From the IMG/VR virus record IMGVR_UViG_3300007542_004333: 64,000 nt of DNA. One strand, given 5' to 3'. Source of the stretch: an uncultured virus (IMG/VR IMGVR_UViG_3300007542_004333). Taxonomy: Duplodnaviria; Heunggongvirae; Uroviricota; Caudoviricetes. Every line of letters begins with the position of its first letter. Positions within the stretch are counted from its first letter, which is position 1. The notes below the pieces were generated by a model that ran no database searches, was not told the DNA's origin, and saw nothing but the letters and a program-made list of their open reading frames with translations. A program made the position numbers and the translations under genes. Positions 21,201 through 31,500 of this stretch are shown here, one piece after another.

Positions 21201-21829
21201 ATTTACTTTGTTTAATAAACCATTTAAAGAAAGATAAAGATTATATTCTTGCTAGTCAGTATGTTTTTGGTTTCAATAAGCTTGTGGCAATAGCTGCCAT
21301 TTACAACGATGTGGCAATGCTGCCTTCTATTGGCGAGGTAACCGTTGAAAAAGGTCAAACATTTAAACGATCATTAGACTTTGATTTTGGTGGAAAGCCG
21401 GGGGTTCAAATAACAACGACAGAAGTTAATGGAATTGAAATTGAAAAATTTGGAGAGCCAACACAAACTCAAGATATATTTGGAAATATAACGGAATACG
21501 AAGCAACTGCTCCCGATGGTGCATGGGCGTCTTATAAAGATCGAGCCCCTGGGTTGTTTGGCGGGGTAGGGGTTCTTGAGTGGGATAATTGGGATCAAGA
21601 ATTGCTTAAGAATTCAACTTATAGAATCAAAAAGCTGTTCAAAAATTATTACAATTCTCGCGACTTTGATAACGCAGAGTTTGGAAACCAAAGCTCGCCA
21701 GCACAAATAGAGTTTAAAAAACTAAGAGAAGCTTTACGCCCTGCTCCTGGCAAAAGACTGTTGCCGTGGTGGAAGCGTCGTAAATTAAGAACTAATCCAT
21801 TTGATGCTAATGGAAATCTTTGCGACTAA
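15281..21829 (+). CDS. Giant (2182 aa) acidic, Cys-containing probable virion protein
   Basis: Uninterrupted ORF directly upstream of gp25; N-terminal DVDGDGFND Ca-loop-like motif and CPTC. Confidence 0.6.
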   Translation: MAESKFLPFQDVDGDGFNDSCKEEVRIEDVKECPTCTPDPNAIIPIWYNLTEYEPYFNGRECQYQITITTTESNTGYTDGMSDSEAQSALNNIYDAYSDQAIEFLLLSYNKNDTEGTRSFIKENLEYTDYYLDPRQFSKLKLLYSVPIEVLDAIGESDSEEESETEAGDIEFTYSGDEIAILALKIRKGLSLYNRYYKAYQFTQEESLRFLDDDRVFNLGNYGDFGFGNSSMKSLIDDLGAFFSKYNYSIPGTDGLFLKGRNVVTEATFTITFNQNLSRYVVKKIEFFYEACGSKPIVWGQKRCNDLNSKQAWKDQTAVYYFSRMKEMETDLTAREPLPWLDFVIKHTFPEVYSAGGDNLTANLSAGSCIASALAEEGKQLGQDILDDVFGIGDAIAYKFHESLCKSVSEAKRENRFTADLDFSLEVRTLVAVGNLDEAEQNMKAMALEQAYAELEQGKQPFLNLCDTILIGGSSSLDKINFISCFAGGSTGSSTDFDINQLWELGLDDIKLCGLYDALIDVINCLMSGLTLEESLSKITESALRGMSITNFGDLFVGLPPDKQAELDALVKQKLESGDIFKEGSTNQEISDAIAAGNISALPPWEDNDAGSESLNDTTGANSSNQQTQQEKRTLASQLDPASAANKLSSSIVLEAYIQAMLEVYGNNLLELVDELNRFPGARLISNIIALVDCPVPPLFEPSIIDFIKEIDLPFCENIDDLTFPNFQNPFVWLPLRFDLTASLFAAIRCTIQVTIMKILIKLIVKICQTLGNATCNRLELAGDILSNSPQLSTGRQNLVNLIRESICGENAASEDVDNTIIDMVASLGVGSAALANTEQTLQFAEDVSSSLTQAELTQLILGQATDETLSIIDSLIEYEYPDYRSTIPNRQAIGSFFGNMGKLMPADFRDSLGQSLGNILDDSPANPSICLDPALVENFCETRFSILEGRASPEQISQMCDNSRGLEDLGDFANVLDCISKPDGIACYLQQQMPPLVSDPGCNNGIIPYESEVASQSTTFAIGGDFEQLQVDYSKDMIGNGPGEDNWGLINMMLSDTMGIPLTAHTRRAILRPNYVDGYGTFSPTDAQMAAIFLTNPLLGLALTPFIADFQRGAFPTKVAAYLQEEMNNIGSSITTNINNEVSEEEQWSLSLKELGMDGIFGSVDLLGIPDLGYNVDVQPIESDGKIEEVQFTYLPRKAEPDLSFTYYDNAKGLKATDESDFSWGFELQSFFGDLALNESGSVENIFSDNVRIRIYDYNNQNAKVNEINSDFIPPVFEGEGDEISSDAATSTAEKKDPSIITDLKYEFIGVDNTLTRIAPNGDSMELYLNDNYPSFIGQFGGDKPASPPQSTLFKEMLEMKNDDSITISDVNKLRAQVIKQFSKTVFTTISDYESDQSAWNYGAQFENLTEEDTAYGINQDGEWVPYADTGYSNRDMILGISYDQYKNDIAETPDKTRIFYLDPAKYGGNYVSPPLYIKPQTPEGWMGVVDVFFPELSACKPQIADVVNFESIQDMIDEIYPNIPEDERLKYDEDCIVELPYNRVMTRAAKASMQGLIMAATRIFISASMIKTLPTFSRFAPKFPQIFSSVYASFIVENMEKSFRDVKNPPWEIFNLFSDDEFWYSFLEQSVQTYAYLVDIGKIEAPPEVLDALFRLNDLQEEYEYPYKEERKEAVEIGEINRLTNLKNYRQKKNLEAVRDTEEDAKLILTDFVVQQLNEMGKNFMVNLKRINLEPDILDLDYYIFEKMCQGSTLTLNESLNVDGTYSATNGDLPTIPYEENEEVEEPYYTNGAQLTVSESNEGTRTVGQEYIGYYHVHIDSTTGLPIYMAGEYHDEEASQDILTPFANIVEVKVGDVPEYGSGFSYDQAQPFALQKYISINGERYSPTEASSEITSNENLDLLISEVYPGDMRLIEDESGNAVGIKGKLGVRYGLAFGTYYNGIYREITSVEIDALDLPLSDFKNLTGDSLNLLCLINHLKKDKDYILASQYVFGFNKLVAIAAIYNDVAMLPSIGEVTVEKGQTFKRSLDFDFGGKPGVQITTTEVNGIEIEKFGEPTQTQDIFGNITEYEATAPDGAWASYKDRAPGLFGGVGVLEWDNWDQELLKNSTYRIKKLFKNYYNSRDFDNAEFGNQSSPAQIEFKKLREALRPAPGKRLLPWWKRRKLRTNPFDANGNLCD

Positions 21830-21845
21830 AAAGCAAACGAGGTTG

Positions 21846-21853
21846 TATTTATA
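21846..21853 (+). promoter_or_regulatory. Candidate late-promoter motif TATTTATA
   Basis: Lies in the intergenic gap 20 nt before gp25; related motifs precede other late genes. Confidence 0.4.
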
Positions 21854-21873
21854 GTTGATGAGGGAAACATTAT

Positions 21874-22251
21874 ATGTCTGGATTAGCTCCTAGTTTGCCA
21901 CTTATTAGAAATTCTGCTGATGGCTTTGCCAACATTAAGAACTTCAATCAACTTATAAAACAAAATTTAAAAATGTTGCTTCTTACAAACCCAGGTGAAA
22001 GAGTAATGGATCCTAATTATGGCGTGGGAATGAGACAGTTTTTATTTGAAAACTTCGATCAAACTGTTTATGCAAGAATCGATAGTAAAATAAGAGAACA
22101 AGCTTCCGTTTACATGAGAGGTTTGACCATAAATGATATTGGTTTTAATACAGTTAATATCGATCAAGGTCAACTTGGAATTAGAATTAGTTATAGTTAT
22201 ACTGGCTTGAACATACGTAATATTTTAGAATTTACGATTTCTGGTTTATAG
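21874..22251 (+). CDS. Baseplate wedge protein, gp25/GPW-like
   Basis: IKQNLKMLLLTNPGERVMDPNYGVGMRQFLFE signature. Confidence 0.9.
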   Translation: MSGLAPSLPLIRNSADGFANIKNFNQLIKQNLKMLLLTNPGERVMDPNYGVGMRQFLFENFDQTVYARIDSKIREQASVYMRGLTINDIGFNTVNIDQGQLGIRISYSYTGLNIRNILEFTISGL

Positions 22252-22263
22252 AGAGGACTTTAA

Positions 22264-24060
22264 ATGTCAGATGAACAAAAAAAGATAGTGCCTATCAATT
22301 ATACGAATAGAGAATTTGAAGGCATCAGAAGAGACTTGTTAGGTATTGCAGAACGTCTTTATCCTGATAGCTTTCAAGATTTCAGTCAAGGTTCTTTCGG
22401 TGCGATGATGGTGGACGCTGTTGCTTACATCGGTGACCAGATGTCTTTTTATCTTGATTATAACGTTAACGAGGCATTTTTAGATACCGCTTACCAATAC
22501 GATAATGTTATCCGTCATGGTCGCACTCTTGGCTATAAATATACTGGAAGACCATCAACATATGGTAAGGTGGCAATTTATGTGCTTGTGCCAGCTAGCT
22601 CAACAGGTATCGGACCAGATTCAAGTTACATTCCAACAATAAAACGAGGCTCGCGCTTTACTTCAGATACTGGTATTAACTTTGTGCTCACAGAGAACGT
22701 AGATTTTGGATCTCCAGAAAACCCAATCGTTGTTGCGAGAACGGATACAACAACTGGTGCTCCGACTTATTATGCAATTAAAGCTTATGGTAATGTTGTT
22801 TCTGGATTTTTTAGTCGCACACAAGTTGAAGTCGGCGCGTATGAGAGATTTAAAGCAGTTAGTATTGGCGATAACAACATAGCAGAAATTATCTCTGTAA
22901 GAGATTCGCAAGGTAATGAATACTATGAAGTTGATTATTTGTCTCAAGACATGATTTTCAAAGAAGCAACAAACAATAATTTCAGAAATGATAATGTTCC
23001 TTCTATTCTTAAGCCTTTCCTTGTTTCTCGCAAGTTCGTGGTTGAAAGATTGCGCAACAGAACAATTTTACAGTTTGGTAGCGGCAAAGAAGGGCAGACT
23101 GATGTTATTGCTGATCCATCAAATGTTGCTATGAGTTTGTTTGGAAAAGAATATATATCAAGTACAACGTTCGATCCTTCAAGATTATCTGAAAATGATA
23201 GCTTTGGTGTAGTGCCAACCAATACAACGCTAAATGTGTCTTATAGAGTCATTCAACCCGTTAACTCAAACATAGCTGTTGGATCTTTGAATGCCGTTAG
23301 TTCTGCAAACTTGGAGTTTGCAAATCCACAAAACCTAGATTCTTCAGTTTTAACAACAATTAGAAACTCTATTGAAGTTAGTAATGAAGAGCCAATCGTT
23401 GGTAATGTCACCAATGCAACTACATCAGAGATTAAAAGAAGAATTTACGATACTTTCCCAACACAGAACCGTGCGGTAACTCAAGCAGACTACGAGAATC
23501 TTGCTTATAGAATGCCAGCAAAGTTTGGATCCATCAAACGCTGCTCTGTTCAAAGAGATCCAAGTGCGAGAAAAAGAAACTTAAACATGTACGTTATTTC
23601 GGAAGACCGCTTTGGAAAACTAACGACATCAAATATAACAATTAAAAATAATTTAAAAACTTGGTTAAACCAGTATAGAATGCTTTCAGATACAATCGAC
23701 ATTTTAGATACTTACATTATTAACTTTGGTATTGATTTTATTGTTAAACCAAAGGCTAATGTTGATAAGTTTGATTTACTGGAAGCTTGTGTGACACAGT
23801 TAAGAAATAAATTTAAAACACAGTATTATATTGGAGAACCTGTTAACATAGCTGATATTTATAATGAGCTAAATAAGGTATCAGGAGTGCTTGATGTTTC
23901 TTCTGTTAAACTAATTAATAAGAAAGGCGGAAATTACTCAAATGTCGATTTTAACATCAACAAAAACCTATCGCCTGACGGCACACAGCTAATAATTCCA
24001 AAGAATGCTGTTGCAGAAATTAAATTTTCAGAAGTTGATATCAAAGGAAAAGTTAGATAA
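22264..24060 (+). CDS. Baseplate wedge protein, T4 gp6-like
   Basis: INYTNREF, NEAFLDTA, LQFGSG and TQNRAVTQADY. Confidence 0.88.
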   Translation: MSDEQKKIVPINYTNREFEGIRRDLLGIAERLYPDSFQDFSQGSFGAMMVDAVAYIGDQMSFYLDYNVNEAFLDTAYQYDNVIRHGRTLGYKYTGRPSTYGKVAIYVLVPASSTGIGPDSSYIPTIKRGSRFTSDTGINFVLTENVDFGSPENPIVVARTDTTTGAPTYYAIKAYGNVVSGFFSRTQVEVGAYERFKAVSIGDNNIAEIISVRDSQGNEYYEVDYLSQDMIFKEATNNNFRNDNVPSILKPFLVSRKFVVERLRNRTILQFGSGKEGQTDVIADPSNVAMSLFGKEYISSTTFDPSRLSENDSFGVVPTNTTLNVSYRVIQPVNSNIAVGSLNAVSSANLEFANPQNLDSSVLTTIRNSIEVSNEEPIVGNVTNATTSEIKRRIYDTFPTQNRAVTQADYENLAYRMPAKFGSIKRCSVQRDPSARKRNLNMYVISEDRFGKLTTSNITIKNNLKTWLNQYRMLSDTIDILDTYIINFGIDFIVKPKANVDKFDLLEACVTQLRNKFKTQYYIGEPVNIADIYNELNKVSGVLDVSSVKLINKKGGNYSNVDFNINKNLSPDGTQLIIPKNAVAEIKFSEVDIKGKVR

Positions 24061-25577
24061 TGGCTTTTAAAAGATATAAAGCAGATGCCGATAACACGAT
24101 AGTAAATACTTTTAAACCAGGATTTAAGTTAAGAGCTACTGGCTCTAACGCTGGCTATGCTGACGTAATGGAAGTTTATTCAATTTACGGTAGGGAAGCA
24201 AGCGGTTCGCAAGAACTTTCTAGAATCTTAGTTAAGTTTCCTGTTTCCAGTATTTCAACTGATAGGACAGCAGGAACGATTCCGGCATCTGGTTCTGTGT
24301 CTTTTTATCTTAAGCTTTATAACGCGCAGCACTCCAAAACAGTTCCAGAAAGTTTTACGCTTTTAGTTTCGGCTGTTTCTCAATCTTGGCAAGAAGGCGT
24401 CGGATTAGATTTGGAAACTTACCAAGATGATACCAAAGGAAACGAGGGCTCCAATTGGATGTCTGCTTCCAATACTGCTGCTTGGACTAACGTGGGTGGA
24501 GATTACCTAACAGGTTCAGGTTATTTATTTTCTCAAAGTTTTGAAACTGGATTAGAAGATCTTGAAGTTGATATTACATCACTAGTTGAAAACTGGATCG
24601 ATGGAACGCAAGAAAACTATGGCGTTGGTGTTCATTTAACTTCTTCTCAAGAAGCTTATTACTCAAGTTCAACAGGATTAGACGATGGTGGTATTATTCA
24701 TAATACTGGTGGTGCTACTACATCTTATTATACGAAACGTTTTTTTGCTCGCGGCTCTCAATATTTCTTTAAAAGACCGATTATTGAGGCTCGTTGGGAT
24801 TCTTCTACTCGTGATGATAGGGGTAACTTTTATTACAGTTCTTCTCTCGCACCAGCAGAGGACAACTTAAACACATTATATTTATACAATTATGTTCGCG
24901 GTAGGCTACGCAATATTCCAGATATTGGCACGGGTGCTATTTACGTTGATCTTTATTCTGGTTCTGCTAACAATAGCGGACCTTCTGGTTCCGCCTTGAA
25001 TCAATCAGTTAGCACTCCTGCTACTGGCGGGTATGTTTCGACTGGTATTTACTCTTGTTCTGTCAGCATTACTGCTGCTTCAACACCAATAACAACTTTA
25101 TTTGATGTTTGGTATTCAGGCTCAACACAATATTTTACAGGCACAATCAAGCCAGTAGTTCAGTATGCTTCCCAGACAGCAACAAAACTTTCTTATTACA
25201 TAAATATCACAAACTTGAAGAGCAAATACAATACTTCAGAAGCTCCACGTTTCAACCTTTATGTTCGCAATAAAAACTGGAGTCCAAGTATTTATACTGT
25301 GTCAAGAACAGACCCTCCTTCCACGATTATTCAAAGCGCTTCGTACAGAGTTTATCGACTTTTGGACGCATATGAGGCTATTGAATACGGAACTGGTTCT
25401 GACGCGCATACTGTTTTATCTTATGATATTTCAGGTTCTTATTTCGACTTTGATATGTCAGTTCTTGAGCCTGGGTATGGTTATGCGTTTAAGTTCTCTT
25501 TCTATGATCCAGAATTATCATCTTGGATTGAACAACCACAGACATTTAAATTTAGAGTAGAAGACTATGAGTATTAA
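24060..25577 (+). CDS. Virion structural protein (beta-sandwich, DNRLRE-like N-terminal domain)
   Basis: ADADNTI, SRILVKF, SQSWQEG, VDITSLVENW and RPIIEARWD; within the baseplate operon. Confidence 0.55.
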   Translation: MAFKRYKADADNTIVNTFKPGFKLRATGSNAGYADVMEVYSIYGREASGSQELSRILVKFPVSSISTDRTAGTIPASGSVSFYLKLYNAQHSKTVPESFTLLVSAVSQSWQEGVGLDLETYQDDTKGNEGSNWMSASNTAAWTNVGGDYLTGSGYLFSQSFETGLEDLEVDITSLVENWIDGTQENYGVGVHLTSSQEAYYSSSTGLDDGGIIHNTGGATTSYYTKRFFARGSQYFFKRPIIEARWDSSTRDDRGNFYYSSSLAPAEDNLNTLYLYNYVRGRLRNIPDIGTGAIYVDLYSGSANNSGPSGSALNQSVSTPATGGYVSTGIYSCSVSITAASTPITTLFDVWYSGSTQYFTGTIKPVVQYASQTATKLSYYINITNLKSKYNTSEAPRFNLYVRNKNWSPSIYTVSRTDPPSTIIQSASYRVYRLLDAYEAIEYGTGSDAHTVLSYDISGSYFDFDMSVLEPGYGYAFKFSFYDPELSSWIEQPQTFKFRVEDYEY

Positions 25578-28500
25578 AAAACTTTTTGATTCGTCAAACA
25601 AGACAAGAAACTATCTTTCTAAAACAGATCAAAAAGAAGCTTTTGAGTCAGTTGAATCAGATCGAAATCTTCGTGCTTTATCTACAAAGCAACAAGAGTT
25701 TATTCCACAGATTGATTACTCTGAGCCAGAAAACTTTTCTCGCTATGGTTCTGCTTACTTGTATTATGATTCCGCAATCAAACAAGTTCATGATTATTAT
25801 CCATACGATGGATCTGATGCGGAAATAACAGAATACTACAACAAATTACTAGATATTGAAAAATACATTTTCAATAACCTATACCCAAGAACAAACGGTT
25901 TAGCTAACTTTTCCGCTGATGGTTGGGGTTCTTTGTCTTCTACTGCTGATGGTTATGGTCTACCAGCGACGTTAGAATATATTTCTTTTGACGGTGGACC
26001 TAACAAAACTAGTTTTACCAAACTATCAGAAGCTTTTCCAACAGACAAAAACAGCAAGTTCCAGTTTTCAAACATCTACGACGATGATTTATACACAACT
26101 GCTGGATTGCCTTCTGATTATGGTGTAGGCACGAGAGAATCAAATTTAAAATCTAATTTTGATAATGGTGTTACTGTTGAGTTCTGGCTAAAGAAAGACG
26201 CTTTCTCAACAAGTTTGACAGAAAAAGAAGTTGTTCTTGACATCTGGAACAATAACTTATCTTCCAGCGCTGATTACGGTCGCTTAACAATTGAACTAAC
26301 TGGCTCTTCTAGTGGTAGTCCGTTTCTTATTACAGCGCAAGCTGGAACATCTGGCATTTACCAACAATCAATTGGTGCTTCTTTAACAACTGCATCTCTT
26401 GGGAGCTACGCTCACTATGCTTTTGTGTTCTATAACTCTGGAACAAACTTGATCACAAAGCTTTATGTAGATGGGGTTTTAAATGACGAGAATACGACTG
26501 CTGGGGCGCTTAGCGAACTAAACTCAAAAAACATGCAAGGTCGCATCGGTGCCCTAATCACAAGTCCGTCTGGCTCAACTGCATCTGCTGGCGCTGGTAA
26601 ATTAAGTGGTTCGTTAGACGAATTTAGATTTTGGAATGCTACCCGATCTGCAAGAGATATTGCAAGATATTGGAAATCTCAAGTTAGAGGTGGCGCGAAT
26701 ACAGATGTTAGCAACACAACTCTTGGCTTGTATTATAAGTTTAACGAAGGTATTGTTGGGAATACAACAACAGATAGTAGTGTCCTTGACTATTCTGGGC
26801 GAATCGGTAACGGAACATGGACAGGCTATGGCTCCAATTCTCGCTCAACAAGCTCCGCGATGGTGCTTTCTACAAACGCAACAAGCGAATATTTAGATCC
26901 AATAATTTATTCTGATCACCCAGATGTTGCTTCTTTGAAGACTGATCTATTAAATAAAGGTTCTTTCCACGATAGAAACAATAACTCCATGTTTGTAAAC
27001 ATGATGCCTTCCTGGGTTATCGAAGAAGCAGAAGAGGATACATCAGATCTTCGTATGGTTTCGCATATTGTTGGTGCTTATCTTGATAAACTAACTTTAC
27101 AAATTCAATCTATTCCATCGTTAAAGTTTCTACAACACACATCGGCATCTGCAAAGCCAGTGCCATTTGCACAACATTTACCTCAATCTCTTGGTCTTTA
27201 TATGCCAGAGATCTTTGTAGATTCCACGGTTATGGAGAAGTTTTTAAATCGTTCTGATGATCAATTCATGGAATCTGATTTAAACGATGCAAAAAATTTA
27301 ATTTATCTTAACCTTTACAACAGTCTTGCGGGAATCTACAAAGCGAAAGGAACAGAAAAAGCAATCAGAAATGCTTTTAGATGTTTCAATTTTGACGATA
27401 GAGTTATTAAGTTCAAAACATATTCAGATCGTGAGATTTATGATTTAGAATCTAATTTACAAATTAATCTAGAGCCAAACTCTCAAGTTAATTTTAACGA
27501 CAACAATAATCTTGCTGGTGTTGTTTATCAGAAAGCAGATCCAACTAACGCTGAATCTCTTGATTATATTTCTGGTTCCTACTCGACCGACAAAGAAGCA
27601 AGATACGGCTTTACGCTGGAAGTAAAAACAACCTTCCCGGCATTTGAACGTATTGACGAAACAGTCAACAGAAACTATACTGATGTGTCACTATTCGGTA
27701 TGGCTTTGGCGAATACTGCTTCTGCATCTGATACCACTTGGGCGTCTACTGATCCTGTAAACTTCCAAGTTTATGCGATTAGAGACAAGCAATGGTCAAA
27801 GGGAGTTTATTTTAAGTTAACTTCCTCAATTTCTCCAAATCCATTCCCAGAGTTAACCAGTAGTTTCTTCCTCGGAACTTACGATAATGATGATTGGTCT
27901 TTTGCTGTTCGTCTAAAACCGTCAAACTATCCGTATGCAGATTTGGTTTCTGGCTCCAGTGGATACACCTACGATCTTGAATTTAGCGGAATCAATTCAG
28001 TCAATGGAACTATTGAAAATACTTTCACGCTAACTGGCTCGCTCTCTAAAACAACAGGTCAAGATTTCTTAAAAAGCGCAAAAAGAATTTACGCTGGCGC
28101 TCGTCGTACTAACATAACTGGAGCGATAGATACAAGATCTGATGTTCTTATCTCAAACGTTAAATACTGGACAAAGTATCTTGAAGATTCTGACTTACAA
28201 CATCACGCATTTGATTTAAATAACGGCGGCATCTCTGGGTCTTATAAAAATTTATCTGCCCTTGATTCTAATTTAAAACAAGTAGATGTAAAAAACGCAA
28301 ACTCGCTAGCGCTACATTGGACATTCTCCAACATAACAGGTTCAGATTCAAGCGGTAACTTTTATTATGTAACTGATAATAGCTCTGGTTCATCAGAAAT
28401 AAGAGATAACTACGGATGGATCGGCGCGATTGGCGGTTATCAGCATACTGGTTATGGATATGGTTTTGCTACATCTTCAACTGATGTTGTCAAAAATAAC

Positions 28501-31500
28501 CTTGTTAATGCAATGAGGCTTCTTGAGCCAGAAACAGCTATTTCTTCTAATATGATCAAAGTTCTTTCTGATTCACAAAATTTATTTGGTGTCAGCGAGG
28601 TTAGACCAAAGTATTTCCACACGATTGAAAAAAGCATGTACTCTGCGGTATCTCAAGAAATGCTTGATTTCTTTGCTGGTGTTGTTGATTTTCATAATGT
28701 TATTGGCGAGCCAGTTCAGCGTTATCGCGGTCGCTACAAGAAACTTGAGAAACTAAGAGAAAACTTCTTTAGAAAAGTCTCAACTGTTTCTAACGTTGAA
28801 AAGTTTATTGAGTATTATAAATGGATAGACGATGCGTTGGCTTCTGTTGTCGCACAATTGTTACCGGCATCTTCGCCAGTTGTTGAAGATGCTTACAATA
28901 TCATTGAAAGCCACGTTTTAGAAAGAAACAAATATAAAACTCCGCTACCAATTATCAAAGAAACTGTTCCAGAACCAAAGTTCCCTATTCTTGGTATCAA
29001 TAAGTTACTTTATAACTGGAAAATTAATCATGCTCCTATCGGTGGTTCGCAAGATCAAAATACTCTTTGGTGGAAAGAAAGAGCACAACGCGATGTTAAT
29101 ACCACAATAACATCTGGCGATACAACCGTAAATGCTCAAAGAGAAACAATTCGTGAAACAATAGATATTGCAAACGATCAATCTGCTCCAACTTTAAGTA
29201 CAAATGGGGCGGTTGAGTATCAAGGTTCTGTTGATGTTTTACGAACTCGCGCAAAGCCTTACAAACTAACAATGGCAACTCGTCATGTTGTGAAGGGCGG
29301 AACAAACTTTAATAACAATAAAGATCTTGGCTTAACCTACGCCGCTCTTTATCCAGCAGGACCAGTCAATACAGATGGTGGGGTTTTTGTTCCAACAAAC
29401 GTTCTTCTTGCAAAAGCAGAGGACATTGGCGCGCTACCAGAAAACAGCGAAACTGGATCTGCTCCAAGTGTCAAAATCAAAAGAAACTTTAAAGTTCAAT
29501 ATGGTAGACAATGGGAAGATGGTCTTGGTTATTACAACTTAAAGTCTTCTAGAATATTCCCATTCAATGTTGTTAAATCTGATGTTACTACTGGATACAA
29601 CAAACAAGTTGTCGAGAAAGTTACTGGAAACGTTGAGATTGTTAACTTGCACAACGACGTTTACGGCTCTGACATGGAACGACCAATGCAAGGTCCGTTC
29701 ACAGATTATGCAGTTGGTGGTCACCAGTCCCGACACGTTAAAATAAATCAAGGCTCTGACGATTATACTAATCGCCCAGAAGCTTGGAAATTATTACTTG
29801 GCACTCTAAACGATCCTTCTTGCCGCTCAACTGCTGATTTTACTGGCGCGATTGGTATGGTTGGTGCAGATTATCCATATCCAGAAGCAAATGAAGTTGG
29901 TGAAACTCCTTACCCAATGACAGCTTCTCAAAAAGCAGTTTATTACAGAGATTTTACGGCAAAGCGTCCTGTTAATATTCGCAATATTAATACAACAACA
30001 GGCTCCACTATTCTTGGAAACTACTATAAAAACTATGAAGTTGTTAGTAGCGTTGGTGGATATGCCAATCCAAGAGCATTTGTTGATAATCCTCCAACTT
30101 TACCAGTTGAAATAACTCAAACACCTTCGGCTTCGCAGGCTCGATCTATCCTTGATATTCGCAGAACAGATGAGTCTCATACTGAATTTGTTCCTGATTA
30201 TGCTGTGAACTATTTGCACAGCAACGCTAATAATAAAAGCATTATTCGCAGTAGATTCTCTTCTCCTGGTGGTATTGAATCAATCGGTCAAGGCTATGGC
30301 GACATAAGAGCAAATGAATATTCTGCTTACAATGCTATCAACTACCGCAATTTAACTGTTCGTAGACCGTTCCAAAATATATCTGGAACTGTTTCCGAAA
30401 CTGTTGGTGCAGGTACAACAGGCATCAGAGTTTCCGACATTAATAGTCAAGACTTTGGTTTAATCAAAAATCTTGCTACTCATGCTGGTAGATTCGGTAG
30501 GCACCCAGATTTAGTCACCAACCCTGGTGCGTCTTATTCCCAAGCACCAACATTAAATAAAATGAACCGCAATACTTTGCGTGTTATCAAACAAGATTCT
30601 TCTGGTGCTTTTATTTCTTCATCTCAGTTTGATAATTTCTTTGTTCAACATCAGATTCCAAGAGCAGATAGACAATACGCTTGGATTACTGCTTCGCTCG
30701 CCTCTCAGGCGCATAACGGAGACATTAGATACTATGGCTATGCTCCAACATCTGGACCTCAAACTGGCTACTATCAATACAGTAGCAGCAGCGGTTTACG
30801 TTATGAAGCTTATTTCCCGTTTGTATCTGCTTCAGATGTTCTTGGTGCGTCAGGCACAGCCTCACTTTACCAGCCAACATTAGATCTCAACATTTACATT
30901 GCTGAACCAGTTGATTCTGCAAGCAACAATGTTATGGGCTATGGCACTGGCACGCCTTCACAAAATTATTATAATACAGATTTAATCGATACAATTCCTG
31001 GCTTGTTGTCAGACTTAAATGGCAATGCAGACTTTGTTAACTTAACTTTCTCAAAGCGTAAATACAACTTTGGTTATCGACGCACGCCTTATACTGGTCC
31101 TGCTTCCCACCCTGTTTTAAGAAAGCATGCCAGAGAAAATACTTTAACGATTTATGATGGTGCTTCTATTTCTAGATACTCAACCAAGCCATTCAGTAGC
31201 CGTAACGCACCAGTTTATATTAACATGGATGCTAATGGAAGCAATATAACACTAAAAACAACTTATAATAATGAAAATCTATATTTCAGCGATAAAGATT
31301 TAAATCAAAAAGTCTTCGCTGGAAAGATTCAAAATAAAACGTTGTTGTTCGATCAGTTGCTTCAACTTCCACAAAATAACCCAAATGCTTATACTTTAAA
31401 TTGGGTTATGTATTCTGAAGCGCTTTTCCCGACTAGAAAGTTAGAACTAACCACAGCTTCTTCAACAAGAGTTGGGTACGACAACCTATACTGGCGAGCG